From assembly GCA_964429855.1 (NCBI GenBank), contig CAYSDM010000024.1:266-64265 (forward strand): a stretch of DNA of 64,000 nucleotides. Direction: 5' to 3'. Shown here piece by piece: positions 19,688-29,139 of this stretch (within the stretch, counting starts at the first letter, position 1; each line of letters begins with the position of its first letter). The notes under the pieces were generated by a model, which was not told the origin of the DNA, did not search any database, and saw only the letters and a list, made by a program, of their open reading frames with translations. The DNA comes from an uncultured Chthonomonadaceae bacterium (GTDB lineage Bacteria; Armatimonadota; Chthonomonadetes; Chthonomonadales; CAJBBX01). The position numbers were made by a program, and so were the translations under genes.

Positions 19688-20230
19688 ATGCGACGCCCGT
19701 TACCGATTCTGATACTATCGCTGCTGATCCTCTTCGGCGGAGGACTGGGCTTCTGGTACGCCAGTTCCCGTCCGCCACAGCCCCCTACGCCCCCGACACC
19801 CGTTCAGAAGGGCGAAGTCGAGATCACTCGCCCCGGACAGACCGGAAATGATGTCACGCTCAAGCCGGAGAAGCGGCAGATTCCCCCCGGCAGCAGCCAG
19901 ATCGCGCAGACACTCGAAGCCCTCTTCGAGACCGCGCAGGACAATAAGGGAACCAGCGCCTTTCCGAAAGGCGTGAAGCTGCACAGCGTCAAGATCGAAA
20001 ACGGGGTCGCCACAATAGACCTCAGCGCAGACTTTCAGGGAGTTAATCAGCAGGGAGACACAGGGGAATCGCTGGCGTATAACGCGCTGCGAAAAGCGCT
20101 GGCGCAGTTCCCCGAGGTCGAGAAGATGCGGGTTCTCGTGGACGGCAAACCTTTCGAAGGCGAACACAGCGGAGCATGGATGGATATTCCGGTACGCGAC
20201 CCCAGCACGGCGTCGGGAAGCAATCCCTGA
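19688..20230 (+). CDS. GerMN domain protein
   Basis: N-terminal TM, then LEALFE....FPKGVKLHSVKIENGVATIDLSADF...ALRKALAQFPEVEKMRVLVDGKPF. Located next to an amidase gene. Confidence 0.7.
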   Translation: MRRPLPILILSLLILFGGGLGFWYASSRPPQPPTPPTPVQKGEVEITRPGQTGNDVTLKPEKRQIPPGSSQIAQTLEALFETAQDNKGTSAFPKGVKLHSVKIENGVATIDLSADFQGVNQQGDTGESLAYNALRKALAQFPEVEKMRVLVDGKPFEGEHSGAWMDIPVRDPSTASGSNP

Positions 20231-21075
20231 TGCCGGAAGCGCGTCCCATCGGGATATTCGATTCAGGGGTTGGCGGTCTGACGGTAGCAGGCGCGCTGCT
20301 GCGACGCCACTCCCGCCTTCCGATTCTCTATGTGGCGGATCAGGCGCATGTTCCCTATGGCGGTCGTCCGCTGGAAGAGATTCGCGGCTTTGCGACCGCC
20401 ATCAGCGCGTTTCTGGCGCGGCAAAACTGCCGCGCCATTCTTATGGCGTGCAACATCTCTTCGGCAACCGCGCTGCCCTCCGTCTCGCAGTCTCTCTCCC
20501 CGCTTCCAGTTCATGGGATGATCGCCCCGGCTGTCCGCCGCGCGCTGCAATCGCTGGCAGTGTCGCAATCCGAAAATGCGCCCCGGATCGGCGTTCTAGC
20601 GACCGCCGGAACGGTGCAGAGCGGAGCCTACGCCGTCGCGCTGCACTCCCTGAACAGGCGTTGTCAGGTGACGCAGGTTCCCTGTCCGAAGTTCGTTCCG
20701 CTGGTGGAAGCGGGAGAGATAGAGAGCGCGGCGGCGCGGGAAGCTGCCTGCGAATACCTGACTTTGCTGGCAGAGTCGCGCTGTCAAACCGTAATCCTCG
20801 GCTGTACACACTACCCTTACCTGCTTCCCACGCTCCAGAGAGTTGCAGCAGACCTCTTTCCGTCGCCGGTCACCTTCATTGACCCGGCGGAGGCGCTTGC
20901 CGACGCTCTGCCAATCCCTATGGATCCCGACGACATCTCATCTCCTCTGCGCCTGCTGCTGACGACCGGCGATCCGGAGCATTTCCGTCGTCAGATACCC
21001 CGTTTCCTTCCGGATGTCTCCTGCGAGGTGCGCGCCGCCCGCTGGCAAACGGACGGATCACTGCAAATTGCCTGA
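20230..21075 (+). CDS. murI: Glutamate racemase
   Basis: IGIFDSGVGGLTV. Catalytic Cys motifs ILMACNISSA and VILGCTHYP. ATG 20230 overlaps the GerMN stop (TGATG). Confidence 0.9.
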   Translation: MPEARPIGIFDSGVGGLTVAGALLRRHSRLPILYVADQAHVPYGGRPLEEIRGFATAISAFLARQNCRAILMACNISSATALPSVSQSLSPLPVHGMIAPAVRRALQSLAVSQSENAPRIGVLATAGTVQSGAYAVALHSLNRRCQVTQVPCPKFVPLVEAGEIESAAAREAACEYLTLLAESRCQTVILGCTHYPYLLPTLQRVAADLFPSPVTFIDPAEALADALPIPMDPDDISSPLRLLLTTGDPEHFRRQIPRFLPDVSCEVRAARWQTDGSLQIA

Positions 21076-21418
21076 CATCCCCTCTCTCGTAAACACCTAT
21101 TGATTGTCTGAATCCAATTTACGAAACGCTGTTAAATATATCACAGTCAGTAATACAGACGCCTCAACACCGTCCTGGAAAGTATGTTTAATTTTAAGCG
21201 ATCCGACAAAAACCCGGCAGGAACTTCCCTGACGCAAGAGGAATTGAGCAATGTGGCACTGAATGCTCATAGAAGTATCTTGCTGCGCGATTTGCTATTG
21301 GCTCTGAGGTGACCGGTCCATTCAGGCGTCCCTCACACGTGATAATCCAACCCCATTCTTACGTGAATGACAGGCTGCCGTCAGAGACGAGACCCTGACG
21401 AGCAGCCCATATAAGCGA

Positions 21419-22918
21419 GTGAGTCTCATGTTTACCTGCCGAGTCTGTGGACGTTCTATAGCGGAGCCAAACCCGGAGAATCGCTACTGCCCCTACTGTG
21501 GAACCGCGTTCGTCCTCTCCTGCACCAATGAGCTTTGTGGAAACCGCGCGGATGGCATCGTCGTCCGCCGCAGCGCGACCTGCGGACAGTGCGGCGCGCT
21601 CTACCGCTATGCTCCCTCCAGCGGACTGCCGGTCCTTGTGCGTCACCTTGGACCGTTTCTTCCCCCGGAAGAGTCTGCGTCCGTGGCGGCCCAAACCGAA
21701 TCGCCCGCATTTCTCCAGGACCTTCTGCCAGCAAGCGGCAATCCTTTCAGCGATTCCGCCCTGCTCTCGCAGCAGCCTCCCGACATCTCCATCCCCGAAA
21801 AAGAGGCGGATTTTGCGGTCAATACGCGCCTGCACGATGTCGAAGCGCGGCATGGACGCATCTATCTGGTTCCTCAAAACGGGATGGTACAGGCGCTGGA
21901 TTACGAGTCCCTGACCCGCCTCAATTTCTGGGCGGGAGAGGTGCTGCCAAACTGGGTTCCCACTAATCCGCAGCCGGTAAAACTTCAGGTCTCTGAAACC
22001 ATCGTCTATGTGTTGCATCGGGGAGCCATCAGCGGTTACGACGCGGGCAACGGCAAAGCGATCTTCTCCCTCACCGTCAACGACCTGCGCGATATCCACT
22101 GCCTGCTCGTGCGTAACCGGCTGCTGGTGGTCGGCACGGCGGGAGATCAGAAAGAGTATGCGCGGCTTTTCGACATCGAACATCTGTGCGATGCCCGCAC
22201 TCCCGCCAAACGCCCGCTATGGGAGGGCGAGGTGCGCGGAAGCATCGCGCCGGGACAGGCGCTTCCAGCGAAACGACTGGGCGTTTTTGGCGGCTACTTC
22301 TACCTGATCTCCCGCAGCAGCCAGCTTCTTGCCCTGCCGATGGAGGGCGGCGGCTTTGAAACGATGTATGACAACTGGGGATCGCGCTCCATCCACGCCT
22401 GGACGATGAATGAGAGAGCAGGCATACTGTTCCTCTCCCCGCCCACCCCGCAGGGCTACTACTCGCTGGTGACCTTCACGCCGGGAACCGGAAAACCGGT
22501 CTCCAACGAGACTCAGTTGATGACGGTTCGCCCGCGCGAAAAGCCGCGCAGCGTCCTGCTCTGGGATGAAGACATCCTGCTGCTGGATGAGGCGGGAAGC
22601 CTGCAGAGACTTCCCCTGATCAATCCCAACAACCCGACGGCGAACTGGGGCGCGCTGACCGGTCTGCAGAATATTGCCGACCTCTATCCGCCTCTCCTGA
22701 TTCCCTGGGGCAAGCAGATGCACTTCGTTATGCAGGTAAAGGAGCAGCTATCTCACTCTTTCCGCCATGTTCCGCTGAGCAAGGCGTCTACCGGCTTCAG
22801 CGCCAAACTGCCGGCATCTCCCTCGGCGCGAGACGATGTGCGAGCTATCTACTGTGGTCCGAATATCTACGTGTGTAATATGACCAATGGGAACATTAAA
22901 CGACTACCTCTTCGCTAG
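21419..22918 (+). CDS. Double zinc-ribbon + PQQ/BamB-like beta-propeller protein (cluster gene A)
   Basis: CRVCG..14..CPYCG and CTNELCG..13..CGQCG at the N-terminus. Repeated strand patterns follow: IYLVPQNGMVQALD, VYVLHRGAISGYDAGNGK, FYLISRSSQLLALP, ILLLDEAGSLQRLP, IYVCNMTNGNIKRLP. The start could instead be ATG 21428. Confidence 0.7.
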   Translation: MSLMFTCRVCGRSIAEPNPENRYCPYCGTAFVLSCTNELCGNRADGIVVRRSATCGQCGALYRYAPSSGLPVLVRHLGPFLPPEESASVAAQTESPAFLQDLLPASGNPFSDSALLSQQPPDISIPEKEADFAVNTRLHDVEARHGRIYLVPQNGMVQALDYESLTRLNFWAGEVLPNWVPTNPQPVKLQVSETIVYVLHRGAISGYDAGNGKAIFSLTVNDLRDIHCLLVRNRLLVVGTAGDQKEYARLFDIEHLCDARTPAKRPLWEGEVRGSIAPGQALPAKRLGVFGGYFYLISRSSQLLALPMEGGGFETMYDNWGSRSIHAWTMNERAGILFLSPPTPQGYYSLVTFTPGTGKPVSNETQLMTVRPREKPRSVLLWDEDILLLDEAGSLQRLPLINPNNPTANWGALTGLQNIADLYPPLLIPWGKQMHFVMQVKEQLSHSFRHVPLSKASTGFSAKLPASPSARDDVRAIYCGPNIYVCNMTNGNIKRLPLR

Positions 22919-24464
22919 GCGCGTAAGCCGCGCCCGATCCGGCTCTCCCGGACGTCGGACACTGCTGTTTCCGGCGCTGATGATGCTCCTTTCACTGGGA
23001 CTGCTCTCCCCGCAGTCTGCTCTTTCGCAGACGCCTTATCGGGGCGACTTTTTCGATGTCTATCAGGAGATCACGCGCCAGCTTGCCACTCAATACAGGA
23101 TGGTCTGCAACCGACGTCTGCATGTGGTGCTGGTGCTGGACGTGTCGCGCAGCACGCAGCAAAACGGGATGGAGATCCGGTTCGGTCAGATATGGTCGAA
23201 GATGTGGGATAACTTCCTGCGCGATGGCGATATGGTGACGCTGCTTCCCTTTGCGTCCAATTCGCTGCCGACATCCGGTCCCTTCAAGAAATCCGACAAG
23301 AGCGGTTTTGACTCGGCGGTGGCGAAAGCGAAGAAAGACACTGCGCAGGATACCGGAACCGCGCTCTACACCGTGCAGCAGTCTGCACTGACAGAGGCGA
23401 AGCGCATTGCGGAGTCGGATAAAGACCGCGCCGTACTGGTGCTGATGTTCACCGATCTCGACGGTCCCAATGTCACGGCGAACACTCTGACTCAGGAGAA
23501 CAATGTCCGGGACACGGTCATCCCTGAGTTGATGAAAGAGTTCACGGTAGGCAGCCCGAAGAAGGAGCCGGCGCAGCCCCGCCCCACCCCGACGCCCGGT
23601 CAGCCTGCGCCCGGTCAACAGGGAACGCCTCCGCCCCCGGGTCTGCTGTTGATGCACAAGAAGTTCTACTCCATCCAGTCGGATGATCGAAAAGGCGCGT
23701 CTCCGCTCTGGCTTCACTCCGCGATGGAGTCGAAATGGCAGCAGAAGAAGGAGCAGGCGGTTTCACGCAAGATCGAGTCGCGTCCTACGGAGCCTCCTCC
23801 TCCTCCGGAGCCTCAGCCTGACCGCCGCCCGATCATTCGTCTGCTGGGTCTTCTGATCGGCTTTCTTGGATTTGCGTTTCTGCCGTTCCTGCGCTTCCGC
23901 GTGAAGGTGGTTCCCTCCGGCATCTCTCCCATCGGCGACACCGATAAAAAGGTCTCCGCCTATGGCAAGGTCACCGTCGCCGCGTGCAACACCGCCGAAA
24001 CGCCGGAGCCGCGCGATCTGTGGCTGCCCCTCCCCTACAGTAGCGCGACCCCGGAGCCGCTTATCACCATTAAAGGGCTGAAACCCGGCTCCTGCGTGGT
24101 TGAGAAGATTGGCGGTCATATGCTGACACCAGACGGAGAGGCTGCCAGCACCGTAGATATTCCCTACGGCGAGTCGGAGACGATTCGTGTCGGCATACGT
24201 CCCAATGAACTCTATCCCCTGCAGATTGTTCCGGGTTCCTGGATGGAGGGGAAACTGATCCCGCTTCTGATGACGATGCTCTTCTTCCTGTTCGGCTTTA
24301 TCGTGCTGGTGATCGGTCTGGCGATGAAAGCGCCGGAGCAGCCGGTGGCTCCAGAGCCGGAGCCTGCGATCACCGATGTCTGTCGCGCCACCGGCGGCAG
24401 CCTGATGGAGAGCGGCAGGATCGTTGTCTCGGAACTCAAATCATCGTCTGAAAATCGGGCATAA
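22887..24464 (+). CDS. vWA (MIDAS) domain membrane protein (cluster gene B)
   Basis: Signal/anchor RRTLLFPALMMLLSLGLLSPQSALSQ. MIDAS DxSxS in VVLVLDVSRST, then GTALY and VLMFTDLDG. Pro-rich linkers, and TM segments IIRLLGLLIGFLGFAFLPFL and LIPLLMTMLFFLFGFIVLVIGLAM. The start is uncertain and overlaps gene A by 32 nt. Confidence 0.7.
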   Translation: MGTLNDYLFARRVSRARSGSPGRRTLLFPALMMLLSLGLLSPQSALSQTPYRGDFFDVYQEITRQLATQYRMVCNRRLHVVLVLDVSRSTQQNGMEIRFGQIWSKMWDNFLRDGDMVTLLPFASNSLPTSGPFKKSDKSGFDSAVAKAKKDTAQDTGTALYTVQQSALTEAKRIAESDKDRAVLVLMFTDLDGPNVTANTLTQENNVRDTVIPELMKEFTVGSPKKEPAQPRPTPTPGQPAPGQQGTPPPPGLLLMHKKFYSIQSDDRKGASPLWLHSAMESKWQQKKEQAVSRKIESRPTEPPPPPEPQPDRRPIIRLLGLLIGFLGFAFLPFLRFRVKVVPSGISPIGDTDKKVSAYGKVTVAACNTAETPEPRDLWLPLPYSSATPEPLITIKGLKPGSCVVEKIGGHMLTPDGEAASTVDIPYGESETIRVGIRPNELYPLQIVPGSWMEGKLIPLLMTMLFFLFGFIVLVIGLAMKAPEQPVAPEPEPAITDVCRATGGSLMESGRIVVSELKSSSENRA

Positions 24465-24506
24465 CGTCCTTCGTATAATCCCATTCCCCTGACGGGAGGA
24501 GTATCC

Positions 24507-24824
24507 ATGGCAGGACTTTTCGGAGATATGATGGCTCTGATCTGGATCGCGCTGATGGTGATCGGAATGATCTTTCTGGTCTACATGGTGCTTTTCTGGA
24601 TCTACTTCGGGATCTGTAAACTGAACGGACCGGTCGCAATCCGGATTGCGTGGACAGTCGGCGTTCTCAGCCTGCTGATCGTGCTCGCTTTCATCTTTCC
24701 CTTCCAGGCTCCCTATTTCAATCCGCTCAGCGGGGATATAGGTTCGCTGGTCAACATGGCGATTGTGGCGGTGATCTCGATGTTCTTTCTGATTATCGTC
24801 TGGGTGACCAAACCGAGTCTGTAA
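24507..24824 (+). CDS. Small polytopic (3-4 TM) membrane protein (cluster gene C)
   Basis: 105 aa, almost entirely hydrophobic helices. GGAGGAG SD 6 nt upstream. Confidence 0.6.
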   Translation: MAGLFGDMMALIWIALMVIGMIFLVYMVLFWIYFGICKLNGPVAIRIAWTVGVLSLLIVLAFIFPFQAPYFNPLSGDIGSLVNMAIVAVISMFFLIIVWVTKPSL

Positions 24825-24927
24825 GGTGTTCCTTCGTTCGCTTCCGGCGAAATAGCATGTATCGAATCAGAGGCTGCGCTCCGCGGCGCGCGGAAGCCCC
24901 TCTCACGCATTGTCAAGGAGACTGCAC

Positions 24928-27900
24928 ATGCTGCGTCCTGCACTGGTAATTGCCCTCGGCGGCACCGGCACGAACATCGTGCTCCGTCTGCGCGAACGCT
25001 TCCATATGATGTATGGAACTCCCGATCCGGAGGGCGTGCGCTATATTTTCGTAGATACCGACACGAAAAATAATCTGAGCCGGAGAGAGCTTCAGGGCTA
25101 TGCGGGTCGTACTATCGGGATCGCGGTCGGTCCCAACACCCTGAACGATCTGCAGATCCCCAACTCTCCTACGTCGCAGCGGCTTCGACTGGACGACTGG
25201 TTTGACCCCGACCTTCGCGGGCGGTTGACCAATCAGAGCTTTCAGGCGGGCGTTGGCGGGGTGCGTATGTACGGGCGGCTGGTGCTGCTGGCGGCGGATC
25301 AACTGCGGCAGCTTACGGAACTGATCAGCAATGACATTCAAGCGCTTCGCCGTAACGCCGCCGGAAACGATCCCGGCTCCCTGCACATCTTCGTCGCATC
25401 CTCCTCTGGAGGCGGAACCGGCAGCGGCTCCTTCATTGACATGGGCTATCTGACCCGGCTGATACTGCAGGACTTAGCGGTTCCGGGAGGCGTCTGCGAA
25501 CGTGAGGGGCTGCTGGCAATCGCCGTGCCGACCCTCGTTCCCGCGCCGCAGCAGGCGCGCAACTCCGCCGCCATGCTCTCCGAAATGGACTACTTCTGCG
25601 AGCCGGGAAATATCTTCCAGGCGGTCTATATTGATCGCCCCCTGCCGGAGAGCATTGGACGGGAAGCCCCCTACGACTATATTCTGCTCTCCTCCCCGAC
25701 CCAGGGAGATCAGGTGCTCAGCGAAAATCCCGTTCAGGCGATGGGGCTTCTGGAGAGCAAAATGGCGGACTATATCTTCATCCGCCTGACCGAACCCGGA
25801 CGCCTCGGCGGTCTGCTGCGCGATGTCCGCACCAACTGGCAGACCACTCCCCGCGACAACCGGGGCTATCCCAACCGCTTTATGACCTTCGGCGTCAGCA
25901 TCCGTCAGTTCCCCGTCGGTCTGGTGGAGATGCTCGGTTACCGTTACGCCATCCGCAACTTCACCTGGGGATGGCTGAAGCGACCCCGCGAGGGCGACTC
26001 CATTCTGGACGACTCCGAACTGGCAACCAGACCGGATATACAGCAGGCGTACACCAACGATCTGGCGGCTCTGCGCAAGCTAATCGGTCTGCCATCGGTG
26101 CATGAGCAGACCGGCAAGCAGCCCCGCGATGCCGTGAACGACGCGCTCTACGCCGAACTGATCCAGACCCAGCAGGAGGCGCTGGAGGCCTCTCTTCGCA
26201 GCCGCGCCAACGACGGCAAGGTGGACGATCTGTTCCAGTACTCCGGTGCGGATCAGCCCGTAGCTCCCGGCTCTCCCGGTTATGTTGCTGGAACGATCAG
26301 CCGTAACGCCACGCGCCTGATGAATCCCAATGAGCCTGCCAGTCTGTTCAATCGCATCCGCGATTACCTGTATGCGGCAGCATTTGATCGAACGCGAGGA
26401 CCGCGCTATGCCCAGCGACTGGCGCGCGACCTGGTGGAGGAGATGCGCCGCGAAGAAGAGTTCATGGATGAAGTGCTGCGCGCCGCCGGAATGGTGGGAA
26501 CCGGCGGAACCGGCGGAGGCGGTCTCAACCGCGCACAGAAGGTGCGCCGCGATTTTCTGCTGCTATTCTGGGCAGACACGGCGGCAAAGCGGGAGCGCGG
26601 CGGCAGTGGCGGCGGAGCCAGCGGCCCCTATGCCAACCGACGGTTTGAGACCAGCCTGTTGGAATCCAAGAAGTTTATCTATGGCACGCTGCGGGATAAG
26701 CTTCTGGTCGGCGGTGAAAACCTGGAAGGACGCTTCAAGCGACTCTCCGCCTATATCGAAGCCTGGGCGAATCAGGCGGAGATGTCGGCGGCGGACAATG
26801 AGAAGCTGGTCGAGAACCTGCCCTACGGCACGATCTATCCGAAAGACCGCATTGAAGAGAAGTGGAAGAACCTGACCCCGACCGTCTCGCAGGATAGTCT
26901 GGAGCCGCTTCAGCGTCAAACCCGCAGCCAGCAGTTCGGCGTGGATATGCCCAAAGACCCACGTGGCGCGCCGGACTTTGCCCCGTTTGAGAACATCGGC
27001 GAACAGATTCGCGCCGCGCTGCGATCAGAGGCGGGAGAGTCCGCCAGCTCGATCTACGGAGAATCGGTGCTGCGCCTGATCGCCGAGATCAACGAAGGAA
27101 ACCTGGAGCCGACATGCCAGCAGATGGCGTCGGAGAGCCGCCCGCTGCTGAATCTGCGGCTGGACGCGCCGGGATACGCCGAACTGCTCAACAGCCGCAC
27201 CTCCTTCGGTCAGCCGACCTACCTCTGGTTCGCGATGGCAAGCCCGGAAGCGGATTTCAACTCCTATCAGGCGTTCTGGACAAGCACCCTGCGCGCCGCG
27301 CAGGGGATCACCCCGGTGGTGCGCGCCAATCCCGACGCCCCCATCCGCGACGACCTGAAGATCAAAAATGGCAGCATTGCAGCCCTGATATTCGTCCGAG
27401 CCGCCTTCCCCTCGCGCATTATCAACCAGTATGAGCAGGATGATCGCTGGGGACTGCTCTTCCCGCCCAATGCGACGACGATCACCACGCCCTTCACGCA
27501 GACCGGCATCCTCCTGCCGCCCCCGCTTGCCGTGTTGGACGAGGCGCGCGTACTGCTGATGCTCGGCGAGACTCTGCGAGTCATGCCCAACGACCCGAAC
27601 GAGTTTGCGACCGAACCCAAAATCACCTGGGGCGGCGCGGAGCACACGTTCGAGTATCAGCTCGGTCCGTATGAAGTGGAGCGAATGCGCTACCCGAAGA
27701 ACGACTTTGAGCGCGCCGCCTATCTTCTGGCTGTCAACGAGAAGGCTCTCAGCGCGCTGCGAAAAGCTCTCAACCTGCGCGCCGGAGATATGAACCAGCG
27801 AGGCATTATCGCGGAGAAGATCGTTCAGGAGATACACAAACTCAACGACCGTATCCTTAACGCCCCCGGCGGCGCGATGCAGGGCTACTACGACAGCCTC

Positions 27901-28122
27901 GATCTTGGCGGCATCAAGTATCCGGAATCGCGCAAGATGCTGTTCGAAGGCGCAAAAAAACTCGGCATTGACCTGTTCATCATAGACCCCAGTCTGCACC
28001 CCTGGGCGAAACCAAGCGATGCCGACAGTCTCTGGCGATGCAACAAGTGCAACTATGTCCTGGGAGCCGAGGTGCCGGATATGCAGGGCGAGTGTCCTAA
28101 CTGCGGTCATCCTAACCGTTAG
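24928..28122 (+). CDS. Large tubulin/FtsZ-superfamily GTPase-like protein with C-terminal zinc ribbon (cluster gene D)
   Basis: T1-like VIALGGTGTNIV, FVDTD, and the tubulin signature in VASSSGGGTGSGSFIDMGYL. C-terminus CNKCN..16..CPNCG. AAGGAG SD at 24915-24920 supports ATG 24928 over the track's TTG 24910. Confidence 0.85.
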   Translation: MLRPALVIALGGTGTNIVLRLRERFHMMYGTPDPEGVRYIFVDTDTKNNLSRRELQGYAGRTIGIAVGPNTLNDLQIPNSPTSQRLRLDDWFDPDLRGRLTNQSFQAGVGGVRMYGRLVLLAADQLRQLTELISNDIQALRRNAAGNDPGSLHIFVASSSGGGTGSGSFIDMGYLTRLILQDLAVPGGVCEREGLLAIAVPTLVPAPQQARNSAAMLSEMDYFCEPGNIFQAVYIDRPLPESIGREAPYDYILLSSPTQGDQVLSENPVQAMGLLESKMADYIFIRLTEPGRLGGLLRDVRTNWQTTPRDNRGYPNRFMTFGVSIRQFPVGLVEMLGYRYAIRNFTWGWLKRPREGDSILDDSELATRPDIQQAYTNDLAALRKLIGLPSVHEQTGKQPRDAVNDALYAELIQTQQEALEASLRSRANDGKVDDLFQYSGADQPVAPGSPGYVAGTISRNATRLMNPNEPASLFNRIRDYLYAAAFDRTRGPRYAQRLARDLVEEMRREEEFMDEVLRAAGMVGTGGTGGGGLNRAQKVRRDFLLLFWADTAAKRERGGSGGGASGPYANRRFETSLLESKKFIYGTLRDKLLVGGENLEGRFKRLSAYIEAWANQAEMSAADNEKLVENLPYGTIYPKDRIEEKWKNLTPTVSQDSLEPLQRQTRSQQFGVDMPKDPRGAPDFAPFENIGEQIRAALRSEAGESASSIYGESVLRLIAEINEGNLEPTCQQMASESRPLLNLRLDAPGYAELLNSRTSFGQPTYLWFAMASPEADFNSYQAFWTSTLRAAQGITPVVRANPDAPIRDDLKIKNGSIAALIFVRAAFPSRIINQYEQDDRWGLLFPPNATTITTPFTQTGILLPPPLAVLDEARVLLMLGETLRVMPNDPNEFATEPKITWGGAEHTFEYQLGPYEVERMRYPKNDFERAAYLLAVNEKALSALRKALNLRAGDMNQRGIIAEKIVQEIHKLNDRILNAPGGAMQGYYDSLDLGGIKYPESRKMLFEGAKKLGIDLFIIDPSLHPWAKPSDADSLWRCNKCNYVLGAEVPDMQGECPNCGHPNR

Positions 28123-28143
28123 GCAGAGCGAATCCGCGCGTTC

Positions 28144-28175
28144 CCGCAGATCGCGTCTGGCGGCTCGATCTGCGG
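28144..28175 (+). other. Intra-operon stem-loop between the GTPase and protease genes
   Basis: Perfect 10-bp stem ccgcagatcg / cgatctgcgg with a 12-nt loop and no U-tract. Confidence 0.4.
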
Positions 28176-28201
28176 AGAGACGCTAGAGCGAGGAGAAAAC
28201 G

Positions 28202-29107
28202 GTGCGCTACTACAAACAGGACTGGGTGGCTATGGGAGTGAAACCGGGAGGCGGCTCGACCGGCAGCATTCCGCTGGCAGCGCTCTTTTCCGTGATTCTG
28301 CTGGCGGGGCTGGGGGTTCTGGCGTTTTTCCTGGGCAACTTCAGCGGATTTGGCGGCGGCAATCCCGGCGATGCGACTGTCTTCATAGACTGCCAGTGGC
28401 AGATTAATCTGGCGGATGGACGGCAGGTACAGACTGGAGGAAGCGGTTCCGGCACGATCATCCATCCCAACGGCAAAGTCATCACCAATCACCATGTCGT
28501 CTTCATGAACAGCCTGAAGACACAGGAAGGCGAGATACCGCTCGATCAGGAGGTCGAGGCGTCGAAGATCACCGTCTACCTTCGCAGCGGAACCAACGAG
28601 GTGAAGAAGATGGAGGCGCAGGTCTTAGATACCGACCGCACCGGAAAGACCTGGACGGGCGCATCGCTGGACGATATGTGGCACGACTGGGCAGTTCTTC
28701 AGATCAAGAATCCCCCGCCCGATCTGCCCTATGTACGCATCGGGGACAGTCGCAAGGTGGGGCAGAACAACAAGATCACTGTCTTCGGCTTTCCGCTGGG
28801 ACAGAAATACCAGGTCGAAGAGGGCAAAGGTCCAGCGATGACGGTGGTTCCCGGCGTGGTGAAGCGGATCGTTCCGCCCAACCCCAACACCTTCTTCTAT
28901 TTCGTTCACAGCGCGAATGTGCAGCCCGGCAACAGCGGCGGTCCGCTCATCAACGACGCCTCGAAGGAGCAGGTCGGAATCAATACACGGATTTCCGTCA
29001 TTCGCAGCATGGAGGGAGCCTCCAGCGATGAACACTATACGATCCCAACCCACAAACTGGAAGAGGTCTGGAAGAAGCACGCGAAGTCACAGGCGTTCGG
29101 CAAGTAG
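28202..29107 (+). CDS. Membrane-anchored trypsin-like (S1/HtrA-type catalytic domain) serine protease (cluster gene E)
   Basis: N-terminus MRYYKQDW + TM. Complete triad context: His in GKVITNHHVV, Asp in HDWAVLQI, Ser in GNSGGPLIN. GTG start with AGGAG SD. Confidence 0.85.
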   Translation: MRYYKQDWVAMGVKPGGGSTGSIPLAALFSVILLAGLGVLAFFLGNFSGFGGGNPGDATVFIDCQWQINLADGRQVQTGGSGSGTIIHPNGKVITNHHVVFMNSLKTQEGEIPLDQEVEASKITVYLRSGTNEVKKMEAQVLDTDRTGKTWTGASLDDMWHDWAVLQIKNPPPDLPYVRIGDSRKVGQNNKITVFGFPLGQKYQVEEGKGPAMTVVPGVVKRIVPPNPNTFFYFVHSANVQPGNSGGPLINDASKEQVGINTRISVIRSMEGASSDEHYTIPTHKLEEVWKKHAKSQAFGK

Positions 29108-29139
29108 TCCTCTGATCGCAACAGGGCAGGAGCAAGCGA

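Noticed and set aside
24910-24927. TTG 24910 start for the tubulin-like gene
   Set aside because: The AAGGAG at 24915-24920 would then lie inside the coding region, whereas it is ideally spaced for ATG 24928.
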